A stretch of 64,000 bases of DNA, from positions 13,578,001-13,642,000 of the forward strand of contig CM060731.1 of assembly GCA_030704615.1 (NCBI GenBank), in the 5' to 3' direction. Every line of letters starts with the position of its first letter. The first letter of the stretch is position 1. The stretch is from Takakia lepidozioides. Its lineage: Eukaryota; Plantae; Bryophyta. The notes under the pieces are model-generated. The model did not search any database and was not told the DNA's origin. It saw only the letters and a program-made list of their open reading frames with translations. A program made the translations under genes and the position numbers. Shown here one piece after another: positions 25,501 through 39,655 of the stretch.

Positions 25501-28500
25501 CTGATTGTGAGGCTTGCTTATTTGATGCAGTTTGGTACCAATGCAAATTAGTGGTTATCCGTCATTTTCCACCACAAACAAAACTAAGCGCACTAATAAG
25601 CTGCACTAATCATGACTAAGAGATACTACAAGAACCCATACTGAACATTGCAACTAAACAATTGGTCAGCCCAAAACCTAACAAACCTGTGCTCTTTTTG
25701 AGAGATCATTGAGAAAAAGTTGTGAGAAAGGAGGGTAGTGGCGGCTGGGACGCTCCAGCCGCTCATTTAGGGCCGCCCGTGCAGCACCCCCAGCACTCAT
25801 AGGTGCCCTCAACTTCAGTTCTGACTTGGGGTCTTCACCAAGCAGTCGATCATTTCTGTCCACAAGAATGCGACGGAGTCGCATCACCTCAGGCATGTTG
25901 TCTAGTGGATGGATTGGCATAGCATCAATGTCCTGTTGACCATACACACAACAGCACATACGATATTTTAATTACACTTTGCTCACAGTAGCCTTGTTGC
26001 TGTAAATATGACCAGTTAGGACATAAACAAGGAAATAATGGAGGAAGCATAAAGGAAAGTGCAAAGGGGCTAACCACTCAACCCCTGCTCCAACTGGATC
26101 ATTTACCTTAATACATGAGAACAGTGCCAACTCAAGATATTCTGACTGAAAAGGCCAGTACACAGATGCACCCCAGAAATCACATGCACAAAGGGGTCAA
26201 GCTGTAGGCATTGCCTTCAGAATACAGCGTTTCCAACCGTCACCTAGGCCTCTTCCTCAAAGCATCTTTAGAAGAAATTCACCACAACCACTGGAAGCAT
26301 GAAGGGCCTGTGGAACCAATTTCCACAATCCCCCTCTCTCAGACCGGCTGTACTTCCACTTGAACAGTGCACTTCAATTTGAGCTAGATTGGAAACTGAA
26401 AGAAACAAAGTGCCACCATCACCTAGTCCTTCTAGGGCTCGGAAGAGACAGGCAGACAGACAGATATTGTTGTCTCTTAGCTACTAGGCACTATATGCAC
26501 AAGAAACAGAACGCCAAAATAAGGGGATAACAGTACCAGAACTAGCTCCACTCCCAACTCAGGACGGTCAAATTGAACACGACAACGGTTCCTGTCGACT
26601 GTCAGAATGCTGCCATCATGAATTTCCCGTGTCCTTGGGTGTCGACCAATCACTCTTTGACCCACTGTTAAAGGACGGGCTAAATCCGCTGGCAAGCCCT
26701 CCCTCAGACCTGTCCGGAGTTCATGATAGTGCGTACGCACAGAGTCCCGGTAAGTCTCCAATTTCTCCCTCTCCACCTGCAAAAACTGCTTGGACAGCCG
26801 CCGCGGTTTCCCAAGCGAACTGGCCACCAATACAAAGGTTTCTCAAACTCATATCCATGGAAAGCCAATAAAGTAGGCAGAATGCTGCGAGTGCAACCAA
26901 TAGATCTCAGCAATTCCTTTGCTCATCCCTCCAATAAGACACATGGTTCTGAGGTAGTACTGCTGGTTCAGTGCATGAAAACAAAATCTAATCTACATCA
27001 AATGTCAGAACACACATTGCATCACAAACCAAAGCTCCCTTTCAGCTTATAAATACAAAACTCATGTCAGTTTTGTTGAAGCTTACCCTCGTATGACCCC
27101 CCATTCAACTCGAGTAAGTCTAGGCACATGTCCAAGGCCAGCATGGTTCAAATACTCCACAAACTCATTCTGAAAAAACCAGGGAAGGTCAATTGCACTG
27201 TAAAACCATTCGTACATGCACCACCGCCGAACCTTGGGAGAAAGGCAATGAATCAAATTGGCCTGCATGATTTCAATCAAACGTAAGAAATCAACTTAGT
27301 TTCACCTTATCTGACTGCTTGTGTGATAGAAATACAATTTGGTGGCTCAAAGCTAGTTGCCACAAGCCACTTGTGACATTTCCAGAGATGCATCGAACCT
27401 GAATAAAGAGTGGCGGCTTCATCCACCTCTGGACTCAGCATGAGAGTTCCAATCCATGAACACCCCTATCTAGATACGTTATATTTTTCTGCTCACCAAG
27501 TCTGACAGAGATCCATTGGCCATGAGTACATATGTCTGGCCACAACAAAGATTATCGCCAACTTCAAAACATATCTCTTTGTATCTGTAGTTTACATGTA
27601 CCATTACGGTAATGAGTCAACACATGGCAAAATAAAGCCAAATTTTGCTTGAAACCTACCCTAGCATTTCTTGGCCCGAGGTCCGGAGTTGTGTGAGGGC
27701 AATGGGGTGGCTCCTTCAAAGACTGCTTACGTGCAGCAACCCCCAGACTTCCAGAGAGGTTTGCATTGGCACCCCTTTCTGCAGAATACTTTTCCGGAGG
27801 CGCCTTCTTCTTGCTCCGAAGTTTAAGGGGTAGTGTACCCTCATCTACCTCCATAGCTTGGTTCCCTCCTCCATCAGCGCATTCCTTTCCTGGGCTTGTA
27901 AGATGACCATCTTCTCCAGTCATTTCTGTTTGTTGCTTGGTGGTCTTTAACCCAAGTTTCACGGATAGGTTCTTTGTCCCAGTCGCACGCTTCAGTTTGG
28001 TACGGGCTTTCAGCACCACTGTAGCATCTCCCTCAGCAGCTGGAGGTTTGACCTGTGCAGTGAGAGACTCTTTCTTTGGTTACCCATATGGCAGGAACAG
28101 GGGTCAGACACCGGAGAGCAAAAGGACCAGGAAATCCACAAAGGAGACCAAAAGCAGATTGGGAACCATGAAGATTAAGCCAGCCATTCTGTCCAAGTGA
28201 TGTCCGAAGTGACTTGAGAATTAAGCTAGAATTTGGAAACAATACTCATGGCCAACTAAATTTTAGAGTCTGGACAGGCAATCAGGCTGAATAGTAGCCG
28301 ACCTTTCAGACTGAAGGTGCCACACTACCTGCCAGGACTCACATGGCACATCTATCCACTTGAGCCTGACAGCTCAAGGGAGGAGTGAATTAACCCTGGA
28401 CAAAGTACTCAACTTAAGGGAACCACACATGCAGAAAAATGGTCAGAAGTAAATACCTTTGAAACCTTCTCAGAGGGAAGCTTTCTCTTTCTCTTCCGGA

Positions 28501-31500
28501 CTTCAGATGGAGAGGTAGATGGCTGTCCAGCCAACAAGACTGTCCCTCCTCCATCTTCCTTCGTGACCATCTCTTTCCCTTCACCTTCCACATTGCCATT
28601 TTCCAGCTCTACTTTCACCTCGGCTTGCTGGACTTTCACATCACGCTTGGACTCCCTACGTTTTGGGCTTGTTTGCTTCTGCAATTTCTTGTCTGCCTCC
28701 AGTCTGCTGGCTTCCTGTTCCGCAGCATCTAGAGTGCAGAAGCACAGCTGTTAGGTTGCATTACTCATGCCAAAGTGTTGTCATCATAGATGAGGAAAGA
28801 AAATGTCATGACTACAAAAGCTTGAGAAAACTCGGCCAACGAAAGGACCTTCAACAGATGAAGATTGTCACTCACCGGCAAAAAGAGTTAGTGGTGTACC
28901 CAGCTCTGTCCTGGGTGAAGGAAGCAAGCCATTCAGTGACATGTCTGCCAAAGTAGCTAACGCATCCAGCCCACTGTTATTATCTAAGGAACACAAACAA
29001 CAAATTGTTAGCACGTTCTCTTTTATTCCTCTTATGTTAAGACAAGTACTCATTACTGATGTGAGAACTAGGATTTGGCCTGCCATATTGAAACGCATCA
29101 CTAATAAGATTTAAGGACAATCTGTTCCCACAGAGCAGCAAACCCCAAAATGACAAGAATCTCTAACCCCACCTTGTGCTTCCCACCTTTCCTAATGCAA
29201 AGTGCAAGGGATCTGGTCAACTGTGTATGAATACCTCCTGAGAACAGTTTTCGACTTCTCTTCTTTGGCCTCTCAGAGATAGAAATGGGCCGCCGCCGCC
29301 GCTGCCCAGGGGCCACCTCCTTGGAACCCTTGGTGGGATCATCAGCACCATTGTTATGGTCATGAAATCCTTCATCTTCAATCTCCTTCCTATCCTTACT
29401 ATTGTACAAGCCTCTGGCACCATCAACCTTGTCCAAGTTCTGCAACTTCGGCTTCTTAGACAGTGGCTTTTTCAACCTACTCTTAGCATCCCCCACAGGT
29501 ACCTTCTTCGCATCCCCTCCAGCCCTCCGGTCCCCTTGCATGGTGCTGCTGACCCTTGTGGCACCCTCAAACTCAAGGTCCTTGCTCTCTTCGCTCCTTT
29601 CTAAGCTGCCATCCACTTGGGTTGTTGGTGCAGTGGGTCTAACTAGGGCATCAGGATCTACCCTCAAAGTAGTGTCCTGCTGCAACACAGGTGATAACAG
29701 TTCAGAAAGTCATCAAGAGGACATCAAGGAAATGAAGTAGACAACCCTGGGAGTACAGTCCCAGTAGTAGATTCCATCATGTCTAGATTTCTTGGCGACC
29801 ATGTGCACTTGTACCCACAGTGACGTGGCAATTTTACTGAAAGCCTCATATTCCCTGATAAGCCAAAATCCAGTGACTGGCTCCAGGATAGTTGATATCC
29901 CTGATAGAGAGAGTGAGTAGGTATTTATTTCATCTACAGGAGGCCCAGACGCCCAATGTGACGAAGTAGCATCAATCCAAACATTGCTCCAAAAGACAGA
30001 GCAGAGAGCACCTTTATGTCTCCATTCTGATTAGCATTAGCCTGCCGAAGGCTTCTGCGGGATGGCGTGTAGGAGACAGATGGTGAGGCTGTCTTATTCT
30101 TCAGCAGTGTGCGAGCTGCCATCACTTCAGCAGCATCAGATTCCGAATCTTCCTCCAGCTGCTGTGGCAGCTTCATAAGGGAGACCTTATTGTTTCGGAG
30201 TTTCTTCTCTGCCACACTGCCAGGGGGAAATCGGGGGGTCCGCTTTCCTACCACACGCGGTCGATTGGCTGACCAGACACATCATTATTGTCAGCTGGAC
30301 TGTTTAGGTACTAAACCCCCTTATCTGCTATTAAATGCTTAGTCACTTACTACTAGGATCGATCTGTAATCAGCACTGGGGCCAACATGTGCCGAGATCT
30401 CTTGGAGTATATGATCAAATAAAACCTGCTCTCCAAGCTGTTGGATGACACTCAATGGAGCCTACAAAGAAGAATGCCCGTACTATTCACCCAAAATGAT
30501 ATACATAGTTACATGAGAGCCCACGCCCAAAAGGGGGCAGTAACTGCAAGGGGAACAGGCTCTTATATACACTAACGTCGGTCGGTGTCACCTCTATCTC
30601 TACATAGTTACACATTAACTGTCCAGCCAGTGATTGCAGGGTGACAAAGCGCCAATGGGCCATACTTCTGGGTTTCTTAGCCGGTGAAGGGCCTCCACTA
30701 GCAGTTTCCACAGGCCCATCAGAGCTTGTTCCCATTATTAAGCTCCCAACTCGCTTCCTCAATGATGTTTGCTGAGCTTGGTGCACACGTTCATCAGACC
30801 CAAATTCATCACTAGAGTCCTCATCAACACTCTGGCTTTCCTCCTGCAACAAAAGAGAAGTAGCAGTCGTGAACAAAACATTGTCATGAGGGATAATAGC
30901 AGACCTGAGCTCCTATCTCTCACATAGAGGATCATATAATAGAGTCGTTGAGAGTATTAAATCCTGTACTTTTGGTTTCTCTAGCATACATAATTGCAAG
31001 TAACCTGCTTGGCATGCATTTCTGAAATGAGTTCTTCCCATCGTTGTCATTTTGGTGGTGGTACCATCCCAATCCATAATTGATCTATGTTGGCAAACAG
31101 CTAAGCTTCCCCATTACACTCAAGCTCAAGAAAGGTTACTACCCATAACTGCAGGTGAAGGTTGAAGGTTCGCATTGGAAATTTCATATAATTGGATGAT
31201 AGACATTGCATCCATTTGCAAGTCTCTAATCTGGTCCATAATAACTGACTTGTGTTGACATAGCTCTAGCTAATGACAGATCATGTATATACATGATCTG
31301 ATTAGGCCACAATGATCTTGCAATGACATGACATGATAGAAGCTGGGTCTCCACCTGGAATGCTAACAAGAACATCAAATTTCGCCATAAACAGAACCAG
31401 TACATCCAACAGAACAGTGACAGCAACTGCTGACATAATTGACATATACATGCTCCTCAGGTCGAATGAGACCTACCAAGATATTGTAGTGGTCTGTCAT

Positions 31501-34500
31501 CATTGCAATCAGGCCAGCAGCCGAAGCAGTGCCCTCTGGAAGAGATAAAAATGCCTACACACAGCATGACAACTGAAAAAGTGAGAAACAGTGCCTGTCC
31601 AGAATCCTTCAATTCTGGCTGAAACCTGAATGGACACGCTCTGAGGTTCCTGCCACTTTTCTATGAATCCTGAAAGATTTCTCCAGCAAATCACTCTTTC
31701 GCAAAGCAGTACATATCATGTATCTTCAGCCGCTTTTTAAGACTTGAATGCTAATTGTGACATGTGCTGCGCTATGACAGCTTAGTGTAATTGCATTTAC
31801 CCGGTTCATGTGATATAGAGCTTCCACCATCTCCACTGTCCTCTTGTGCACACTCCCAGCAACCTGCAGGAAATAACACAACATCAACAGCTGCTATTTG
31901 AACGTACTCCAAGAGAAGATAAAATCATAGGGATCATTTATGACTGCTGAATAAAATACTAATAGAGAGAGGACAGTGGAGTCCTAAGTTCATAGCTGCC
32001 AGTGAGTAATAACAGTCACCTGTCAGTATGTGGCAATACTCAGACATACATACATGCAGTCCTGCAGGAAAAAGCTAGATTGAAGCAGCTCAGGTCACCC
32101 AAAACAGGCCCAATGATTCATTAGTAATCATCAAGAGCTGTCAGGAGATCATATATTACATGAGCTGTGTCTCCAGTTTTGGACAAAACACAGGAATGGA
32201 GGGATGAATGATCTGCCACTGTTTACTGTTGGTTGAAAACCATTTTTGCAGCTAAATGGTCTGGAGCCCACCATGCCATGTACCTACAGCTATCTATTCA
32301 AATTCACAGGAATTATTGTCCTGGTATTTGAAGATGACATCATATTTTTTCTTTATAGCTGCCAGTGTTCAAATCACTTGTTGGTGTCACTTCCGAGAGG
32401 AAATACAAAACCCAAAACCCCAACTGTGAGTCAAGTGACCCACAAATAAATTCCTTTGCGCATGTTTTCTTCACCAAGAACCACTATACATAGTACTTGC
32501 GGGGCACATTTCAGAGAAGAGAGTAAAAGACCCTGAGTCTCCCCTTTGCAGGAGTTCCAAATCTTTATCGTCAGTACTCATTATGGTAATGAATCAGGAC
32601 TTGTGGGACAGATGGAAGGAACAATATGGCTTTGAGCAGCAAACTAGAATTTTGAGGCAGAGGAGATGATTGCAAAAACATCCAACAATATTTGACAGCC
32701 ACAAAAGCTAATCCATCAATTGTATTCAACTTGAAAAGACACTAAGCAGCCTTACAACTTAGCACAGACAAGCAAGAACTGTATAGTGGGAAAATATACT
32801 CGTGATCTTGCAAGACCTTGTCCATGCACAAATATCATAGAGTGTCTACTGCAGCCCCCTGTTCTGAAAGACATTCTCTGCTGCGTAAAAAAAAGGGACT
32901 ATCACACAGCGGGATGGATCAACAAATAGGACAATTGCTTGTGCCTCACAAACAACATGCATTGAAATTCCAGTGTCAACCTGATAGATGGACCTACAGA
33001 GACAATTTGCTGCTCGCTTCATTTGCTGCGGCAAAAAGCAGTCAAGATGACAAGAGATTTTGGTACAACCAGAAAACAATCTCAACAAGTCAATTGTGGT
33101 CATAAGATACCTTTTTCCAGTCTCTGCCATATTTCCGAAATGCTTGATAGAAGAGCTCCAGGTCCTCTTTGCTCCAGGGAGGTCCAAGCATGTCCGACAA
33201 TTTGCGCTTCTGATCACCAGCCCGCCCACTCACCTCAGTCCCATAACTAGCATTCAAGCAGCATCCAAAATTGCTACAAATGACTGCAATTTTCACATCT
33301 GAGACAAAGTCCAACCCCTGTAACCCTTTGTCTCTGGAATCACATCTGTTCACAGATGTATACCAAAAGGTCATCTTTTCTTCTTGGAGGAATGGTTCTG
33401 GAATCAAACCATGCAAGCTTCAGAACATGACAAGGTAAATTAGACAACCTGTCGAAACGGTTTTTTTACTGAATAAAGGCCCTTCACTTTAACCACTTCC
33501 CTCAGTACAGAATGAGGGACTAAAGGGTCCATCAGATCCCAATCAACTAGTAAATCTCAGGGACACTAACACACAGATGGATTCCTATAACACATATGGT
33601 TATATCCAAATTGCATCATTATCACCACGTTTGATAAAACAATGGTCACAAAAATAATGGCCAAGAAGGCTGAAACATGGAAAAAGAGCAACCTTCAGCT
33701 TTGAATGTCAGTCTCACAGTTAAGGTGCAAAGAGATGCATTTATTGTTTCCAGTGAACACTGGTTATGACCTACCCATGAGAACAAATCTTCATGGGATA
33801 CTAACTCTCTTGGAGGATTCCTGGAGTTCTATCCCTCCAGACTGTGACATACATTTGCAACTACAAGGCAGGTTTCAAGCTAGCAGTTAAGTCACTGAAA
33901 GGTGAGAGAGAGACAGAACTTCTCGCAATTATGCAGGAATGGCCTTAAACTGAACCCAGATAATGGTGTTTTGCCAGGCATGAAGCCACCAATGCCTTTC
34001 TCAAGGGGCTTGCTTTGGTTGGAGATGAAGAACGCAAATGTGCCTAGAGTGCAGTGACATTCACAAGAAGAATTGTGTGCCGTGGTCTAGGACTTCAACT
34101 GGAAGAATAATCACTACAACCAGGGGCCCAACCCTGCCACTCACAATCTGATTTCAGGAAAAGCATAGACACACCGAACAATTTTCCCTGCTAAAACCAG
34201 CTTGCAGAACACTCATTACTTGATCTTCCTTAAAAGTATGCCACCTGGTTCCATCGTACATTGAATGGCCAAAGGAGTAATGTAGTTCAACAACAAAAAT
34301 CTGACCTTTGTGAGGTTGCCCTTGAGATTTAAATAGAAAAACCTAGAGATTGGTGATTGGAAAGCTCTATAGTGCGCCACTACTTCAAAAGAGAGGAACG
34401 CCACAGCTGCTAGCCAAGGGGGTTCCCGAGTGCTACTTAGATACATCTATGCTGGCTCTCTTACTCATCAGGACTCATTACGATAAAATCCGAAATGCAT

Positions 34501-35008
34501 CATGTGTGAGTGCGGCTTCTTGGGGGTATGGACCTGCAATTGGGTCGCCATTGAGGACTGCACCGTGGGGCCTTGGCGGATCCTGGCCAGAAGTTCAAAA
34601 TGAAAGGACAGACAGAAAAACAGATACCAAGACTATATAGACTACATGAAAACACAAGCATACATATGTGAAGACACTTTCTAGCCGGCCCCCACCCCGC
34701 CTCGATCAGGCTTCCCCGGTGAAGAGCGGCTGGATCTTCTGGCTTCCTTTCATATTAGTGTTGGCCAGCCATTTTCAAAAGGAAAAATAGCAAGGTGTAA
34801 TTGATGGAAACTATGAGGTTCTCATTACATAGGCGAGGACATGCCAACGGAGATCATCACAGCCATGACTTGAACTCACTACCCAAAGGAAGGTGCAACT
34901 CACCCTTTGCTTACTCTTTTCTCCACCATCGTCATCCCTGTCTGTACTGCCTTCTACGCTCTTGACAGAGGGCCTCGAAGATGTTCTTGGCCTCCTTGCC
35001 GATGCCAT
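22560..35008 (-). CDS. ALY: ALWAYS EARLY / LIN9-like DREAM complex subunit (SANT-like + DIRP domains), about 18 coding exons
   Basis: Exons with GT-AG borders: 35008-34904 (MASARRPR); 33209-33111 ([33 protein letters not shown]); 31863-31801 ([21 protein letters not shown]); 31554-31477 ([26 protein letters not shown]); 30268-30012 (VGKRTPRF); ~28984-28899 ([12 protein letters not shown]). DIRP exons ~27262-27087 ([28 protein letters not shown]) and ~26829-26539 ([21 protein letters not shown]). Last exon ~22780-22560 ([21 protein letters not shown]). Confidence 0.93.
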
Positions 35009-37322
35009 TCACCTGTTTCTCAATCACTAACTAAGCACTGAAGCTGTCCATCCGCTCCTGCCGCTCTTGCAAGCCGCCTGGTGATGCCTTTGAGCGGCAG
35101 CATATATCAAAGATGTCTTTCCCAATTTTCAAATCCAAGTCACCGGAAATTAGCACAGATCTGTGATTGTCGGGACGTCATCAGCTCAAGTAGAATCCAC
35201 CCTGGCTGATCCTTACAAAGCACTTCTCCCCTGCCATCCCTTGACTCACAAATGAGTAAGGATGAGCTCGAGTAAGCAACGGTCAAATCAAACCTGATTC
35301 CCCGGTCAAAGCACACTGATGTACCCTTGATGACACCTCGAAGTTACGCACCATACACACCAGCAGGAAAGAAGAAAACCTCCTGTCACTGCTTTGTTTA
35401 TCACTGTAGGTTCCACAGGTGCGAGGTCTCGAGTTTCATTACTAGTGACGTTCAAAACTTTCACTGCAGTAACCATCTACAGTGAGGGAGAAGCATGGAT
35501 AGAGGACGAGACAGGAAGATTGATGAACAGCGAAGGTGATTCAAAGGCAGCGCAAATTAACCGAAGGCCAGAATTGGAACAAGAATGCGGCAGCACCGAG
35601 AGCAGCAAAAGATTTGAAAAAACTCTGCGGAGCAGACGAAAGCGTGCAGAGAGCCAACAGTGCAAACTGATACAGATGGAGATCTCAACACGTCCAGAAC
35701 AATCTTCTATTGCATTCCACCTCGGGATCAGCACCTCCCCTTTCAGCAACACCTGTAGAGCCACGCAAGGCGCGAAGAGAAGAATCGACCTCACCCTCAA
35801 CGCCACACTAAGAGGTGTAATCAGAGCACCAGCACCCTCTGCAAACACCTCCGGAGTGGCCCGAGGCGGGAAACACAAAATCAAACTGAAAATCAGATAG
35901 ACATGGAGTAGACACAGCCCTCCAGCACAAATCTGAACACAAAAAGCTCACACAGCACCGGGCCTCTTGCAAGACATCTATCCCCCCAGTAACGTCTGCA
36001 GAAACGCCACAATCAACCTCTGCAAATGCTGTAACGGAGGCCCAATCCGAGACAGAACCCTCGAAAACCAAAGAGGAGAGAAGAAGAAAGCAAGGCGGGG
36101 GTCTGAGGCAACGAAGACAGTGTTTTTCTAAAAGACCTAGCGCTAGATTTGTATTAACCCGCTCTTCTAACCGCGGTTACCTCCCCCCACCCGTGACCAT
36201 TTAAACGCCCTCTCTTCTGGACATCTTTGGGCCCTCCGACACTGCACTTCTGCACTCCTCGACTTCGAACCCTCGCCGCCTGCGTTTTGTACGAGCGATT
36301 CCTAACCCACCACCATGGGCTCGGGTGAGATTGTAAGGACGGGCTAGTGCCTCTCACCTCGGGCGTCCCGGGCTCAAATCCGGCCTACCTACATCCCACT
36401 CAATCTAACCCGTTTATTACTCCATCCAAGGGCCCCAAGTCATTAAGCATGCGCTCTACATTTACAAACCTTGGAAAATGCGGGATGTACGAAGTTCGAA
36501 ATTTCCGATACGAATTGGGGTCTCTCCAAAGCTGTAAAGATTCTTCCCCCACATATTCTGTCTTTCCGAGCTAGAGGCCAGGATCTGTGAATATTGAGAT
36601 CGCACGGTGTGATAACTTGCCACGTGGGGATCTGGAAAGAGCATTGGAAGGAAAGTTCAAATTAGAGAGGCTATTTCAAATTTAAATGTTGCGAGTAGTG
36701 AGGAGCGTCACGGCGTGGCTATTCCCATTCCTCGCAGGTATGATGGGTGGCCCGGCCTGACCCGGTTTGGGCACATCACTTTCTCTGGATGATAAGGATG
36801 ATAAATTTCTCCTCATCCATCCACCCAACGTGTTCCGTATGGATGAACAATGTTCATTCTGTACGGCACAATGACATTCGTCCATGGAAGGGCTTTTGCC
36901 TCCCTCCCTGCATCAAATTTCAAATCAACTAATGACAATCGTTAGGGAAAATGAGGATGAACAGGCTTACTACTAAGTTGCAGACCTCAGGAAGAGCAGT
37001 TAGAAGACGAATTTTGGCGTTTATTTCTATATAACTTATTCGAGTTGTCTTGTTGTTTGTTTCGAGAGTCACCGTTGACCAAAGCCTAGTTGAGTGTGTG
37101 TAAGGGATAAAATTCCCCCCTTTTTTCCTTACCACAGGTTGGGATGTTTTACTGAAACAGGAGTGTATTTTATGAGGGGAACCAGAAATGTTTTTGAACA
37201 CGTTATTGTCATTTTAAGAAATTAAAAAATAAATTTATTAAATTTTAATAATAATAATAAACTATCATCTGAAGTTCTGGGAGCGTGAATTTGGGGCCAT
37301 TCTACAGCATGGACCTCCATAC

Positions 37323-38030
37323 CAGTGTTGGTCTGGTATGGGTATCAGACCCGAGTATCAACCCTGGTATCAGGAACCAGACCAGCCTGGTCCTAAATTC
37401 TACATACCCGGGGCGATACCATTGCCTAGCTTAGCGCAGGGTTAGCGAATACCATACCAGTCTGGTGTTGACGGCTAGGATTTAGTATTGATACTCGTTG
37501 CAAGTGTTTCACAACCATTCTTCGACTGGTATCAATCCTTGTTGACGGGAAGTAGGGAAGAGTGTTAATATGGTCTCAAGGGGATAAGTCTCCGGTCCTT
37601 GGGGTGTCTCAAACCAAATTGTTCATGCATGAAAATTTTCAGCCCACAAATTGGGCCTTGAGAGCAAATGTGCATGCAACATTGATTTGCAATAAAGTAT
37701 GATATGCAGTTTGCAGTCGGTGGCAATGAGATCATTTTTCATGTGAAGTTCTGATGTTCATGTATGATACACTCATCAAGTGTGTTTTAAGACAATTGAA
37801 GGCTTGTTTGATACCAGGTCCCAGTATGTATACCAGCTGGTATTACTTGGGCACATTTCTATTGATACCATTGCTTAGGTGATTAAAAATTTATCAATAC
37901 CCTTACCAGACTCGTATCTAACTTGATAAATATCCCTGGTACCAATGTTCCCCTGGTATGTCATTTTCAGAGCCACCCACATACCAGGACCAGCCTGGTA
38001 TCCCAAAATGTTGATACCAGACCAACACTG
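37323..38030. mobile_element. hAT-type MITE, family A
   Basis: Perfect 17-bp TIR CAGTGTTGGTCTGGTAT...ATACCAGACCAACACTG, perfect 8-bp TSD CTCCATAC (37315-37322 and 38031-38038), and subterminal gatacc/ggtatc repeats. No ORF. Confidence 0.93.
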
Positions 38031-38319
38031 CTCCATACAGCCTCCATAGCCATAAATTAAATGATCAAATTCATGTAACTTGTTACTTTGGCAAGTCTAT
38101 AACTTATTTCTATAATAATAATAATAATAATAATATATGTTCAAAATTGGACCCTAATGACTACATGTACCTTTTCTTTTTTTTCATGTACTTGATTGAG
38201 CCAAAAAAAAAAACAAAAAAAACTATGGGACTCAGCCCAGCCCACCAGCAATTCTTCCAGTTCCATTGAAGTAAAACTTGCATTCATGCTCATCTGTGAC
38301 GTGTTTTGTAGATAAAAAC

Positions 38320-39302
38320 CAGTGTTGTGCGGGTACCCGCTTAGTCGGGTTGGAACCGGGGGAGGAGGGACGAGCCGGTTCCAGAACCAGAACCGGCGGG
38401 TATAAGTTTTTCCAGGAACCTGGGGGTCAGTGGCGGTTCCGGATCCGTTTCACACACTAGGGTTTTTTTTGTTTTTTTTTTGTTTTTTTTTCCGTGATCT
38501 GTCGTCTCTCACCTCCAATCTGCGCGATCTACTGCAGTAGCGCAGTGCGTGGGAGGGAACAGCGCACAGCAGCAGGGGGAGGAGCAGGGAGGAGCAACGC
38601 GCCTCAGCGTGGGGGAGAGGGATCAGCGCACCAGCGCGTGGGGGAGGGAGCAGCGTTTTTTTTTTTTTTTTTTGGTTGGTTTTCCTGGTTCTGTAGTCTC
38701 GCACCTCCCACCTGCACGATGTGCTGCAGCAGCACGAGCATCACCACGGGGGAGGGAGCAGCGCAGGCAGAGCGCAGGGGGGAAGGTAACATCGTAGGCA
38801 ACAGTTTTTTTTTTTTTTTTTTTGCCCTTTCCACGTTGTCGTCTCTCACGTCTATTTTTGAACAGTGAGGAAGTCCACTTAGATGACTGCAGAGGCCGAG
38901 TTGTTTGAGATAAAATGATTTCTTTGTGTACTCTACACACAAATTTAATTTATACTTGATTACATTGCATTATTATTATTTCATAAATTTTTATATGAAT
39001 GTTGTGTTGTTTCTTTTCAACATGGTCAAAAGATTTGATATAACTAATGGGGATTCACAAATCATTTTCAGATTTATAAAAAACGATCAAAAATTTAATA
39101 TATATTTTTAAATTTAAAAAATAGAGAATCGGAACCGGAAACTGGAACCGGCAGTTCCTTCCCAAAAAATACCCGGAACCGGAACCGGAATTGGAACCGC
39201 TTCATAAAAAAGAACCGGATCCAGAACCGGAACCGCCTTTTAAATATACCAATGAACCGGAACCCCCGGTTCCTTCAATATGGCAAGAACCGCACAACAC
39301 TG
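38320..39302. mobile_element. hAT-type MITE, family B copy 1
   Basis: 13-bp perfect TIR CAGTGTTGTGCGG...CCGCACAACACTG, perfect 8-bp TSD ATAAAAAC (38312-38319 and 39303-39310), and many ggaacc subterminal repeats. Confidence 0.93.
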
Positions 39303-39529
39303 ATAAAAACTTGCATGCATGGTAATCGGTGACGGCAATCGGTGACGGCTTTTTATAGATAAAGAGATCGACGTTAAGTAAAAGCATGCTCTCTTGCAAT
39401 ATGCTGTGAATTTTTTATGGCTGAAGTTTTTTTTTTTTAAATCTTTAAAAGGAAACACCTGGGAGCGACAGCTCACAAATCAAGGCCCCTTAATAGGCTG
39501 TAAGTGTTCTCACTATTTATTTGAGAATT

Positions 39530-39655
39530 TGACTGACCCTGGATCAATCCTATGTGCCTTCAGACTGTCCATTGGGCCCTCGATGGCCTGTGTGTTGAGC
39601 AGTAGGCTCTGTAAATTCACTGGACGTTAAAGAATCTTTATCTTTATCTTTATTC
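39530..39655 (+). mobile_element. SINE-like 3' body with (TTTATC)n tail, partial copy
   Basis: cttcagac.gtccattgggccctcgatggcctgtgtg...attcactggacgttaaagaa.ctttatctttatct is shared with 51419-51490. Confidence 0.6.

Noticed and set aside
35394-35900. 168-aa plus and 135-aa minus ORFs upstream of the ALY start
   Set aside because: They lie in the probable ALY 5' UTR or leader intron and show no domain similarity.
36330-36385. tRNA-Glu-like fragment (ctctcacc..gtcccgggctcaaatccgg)
   Set aside because: The B-box is mutated and there is no convincing A-box or acceptor stem; at most a decayed SINE head.
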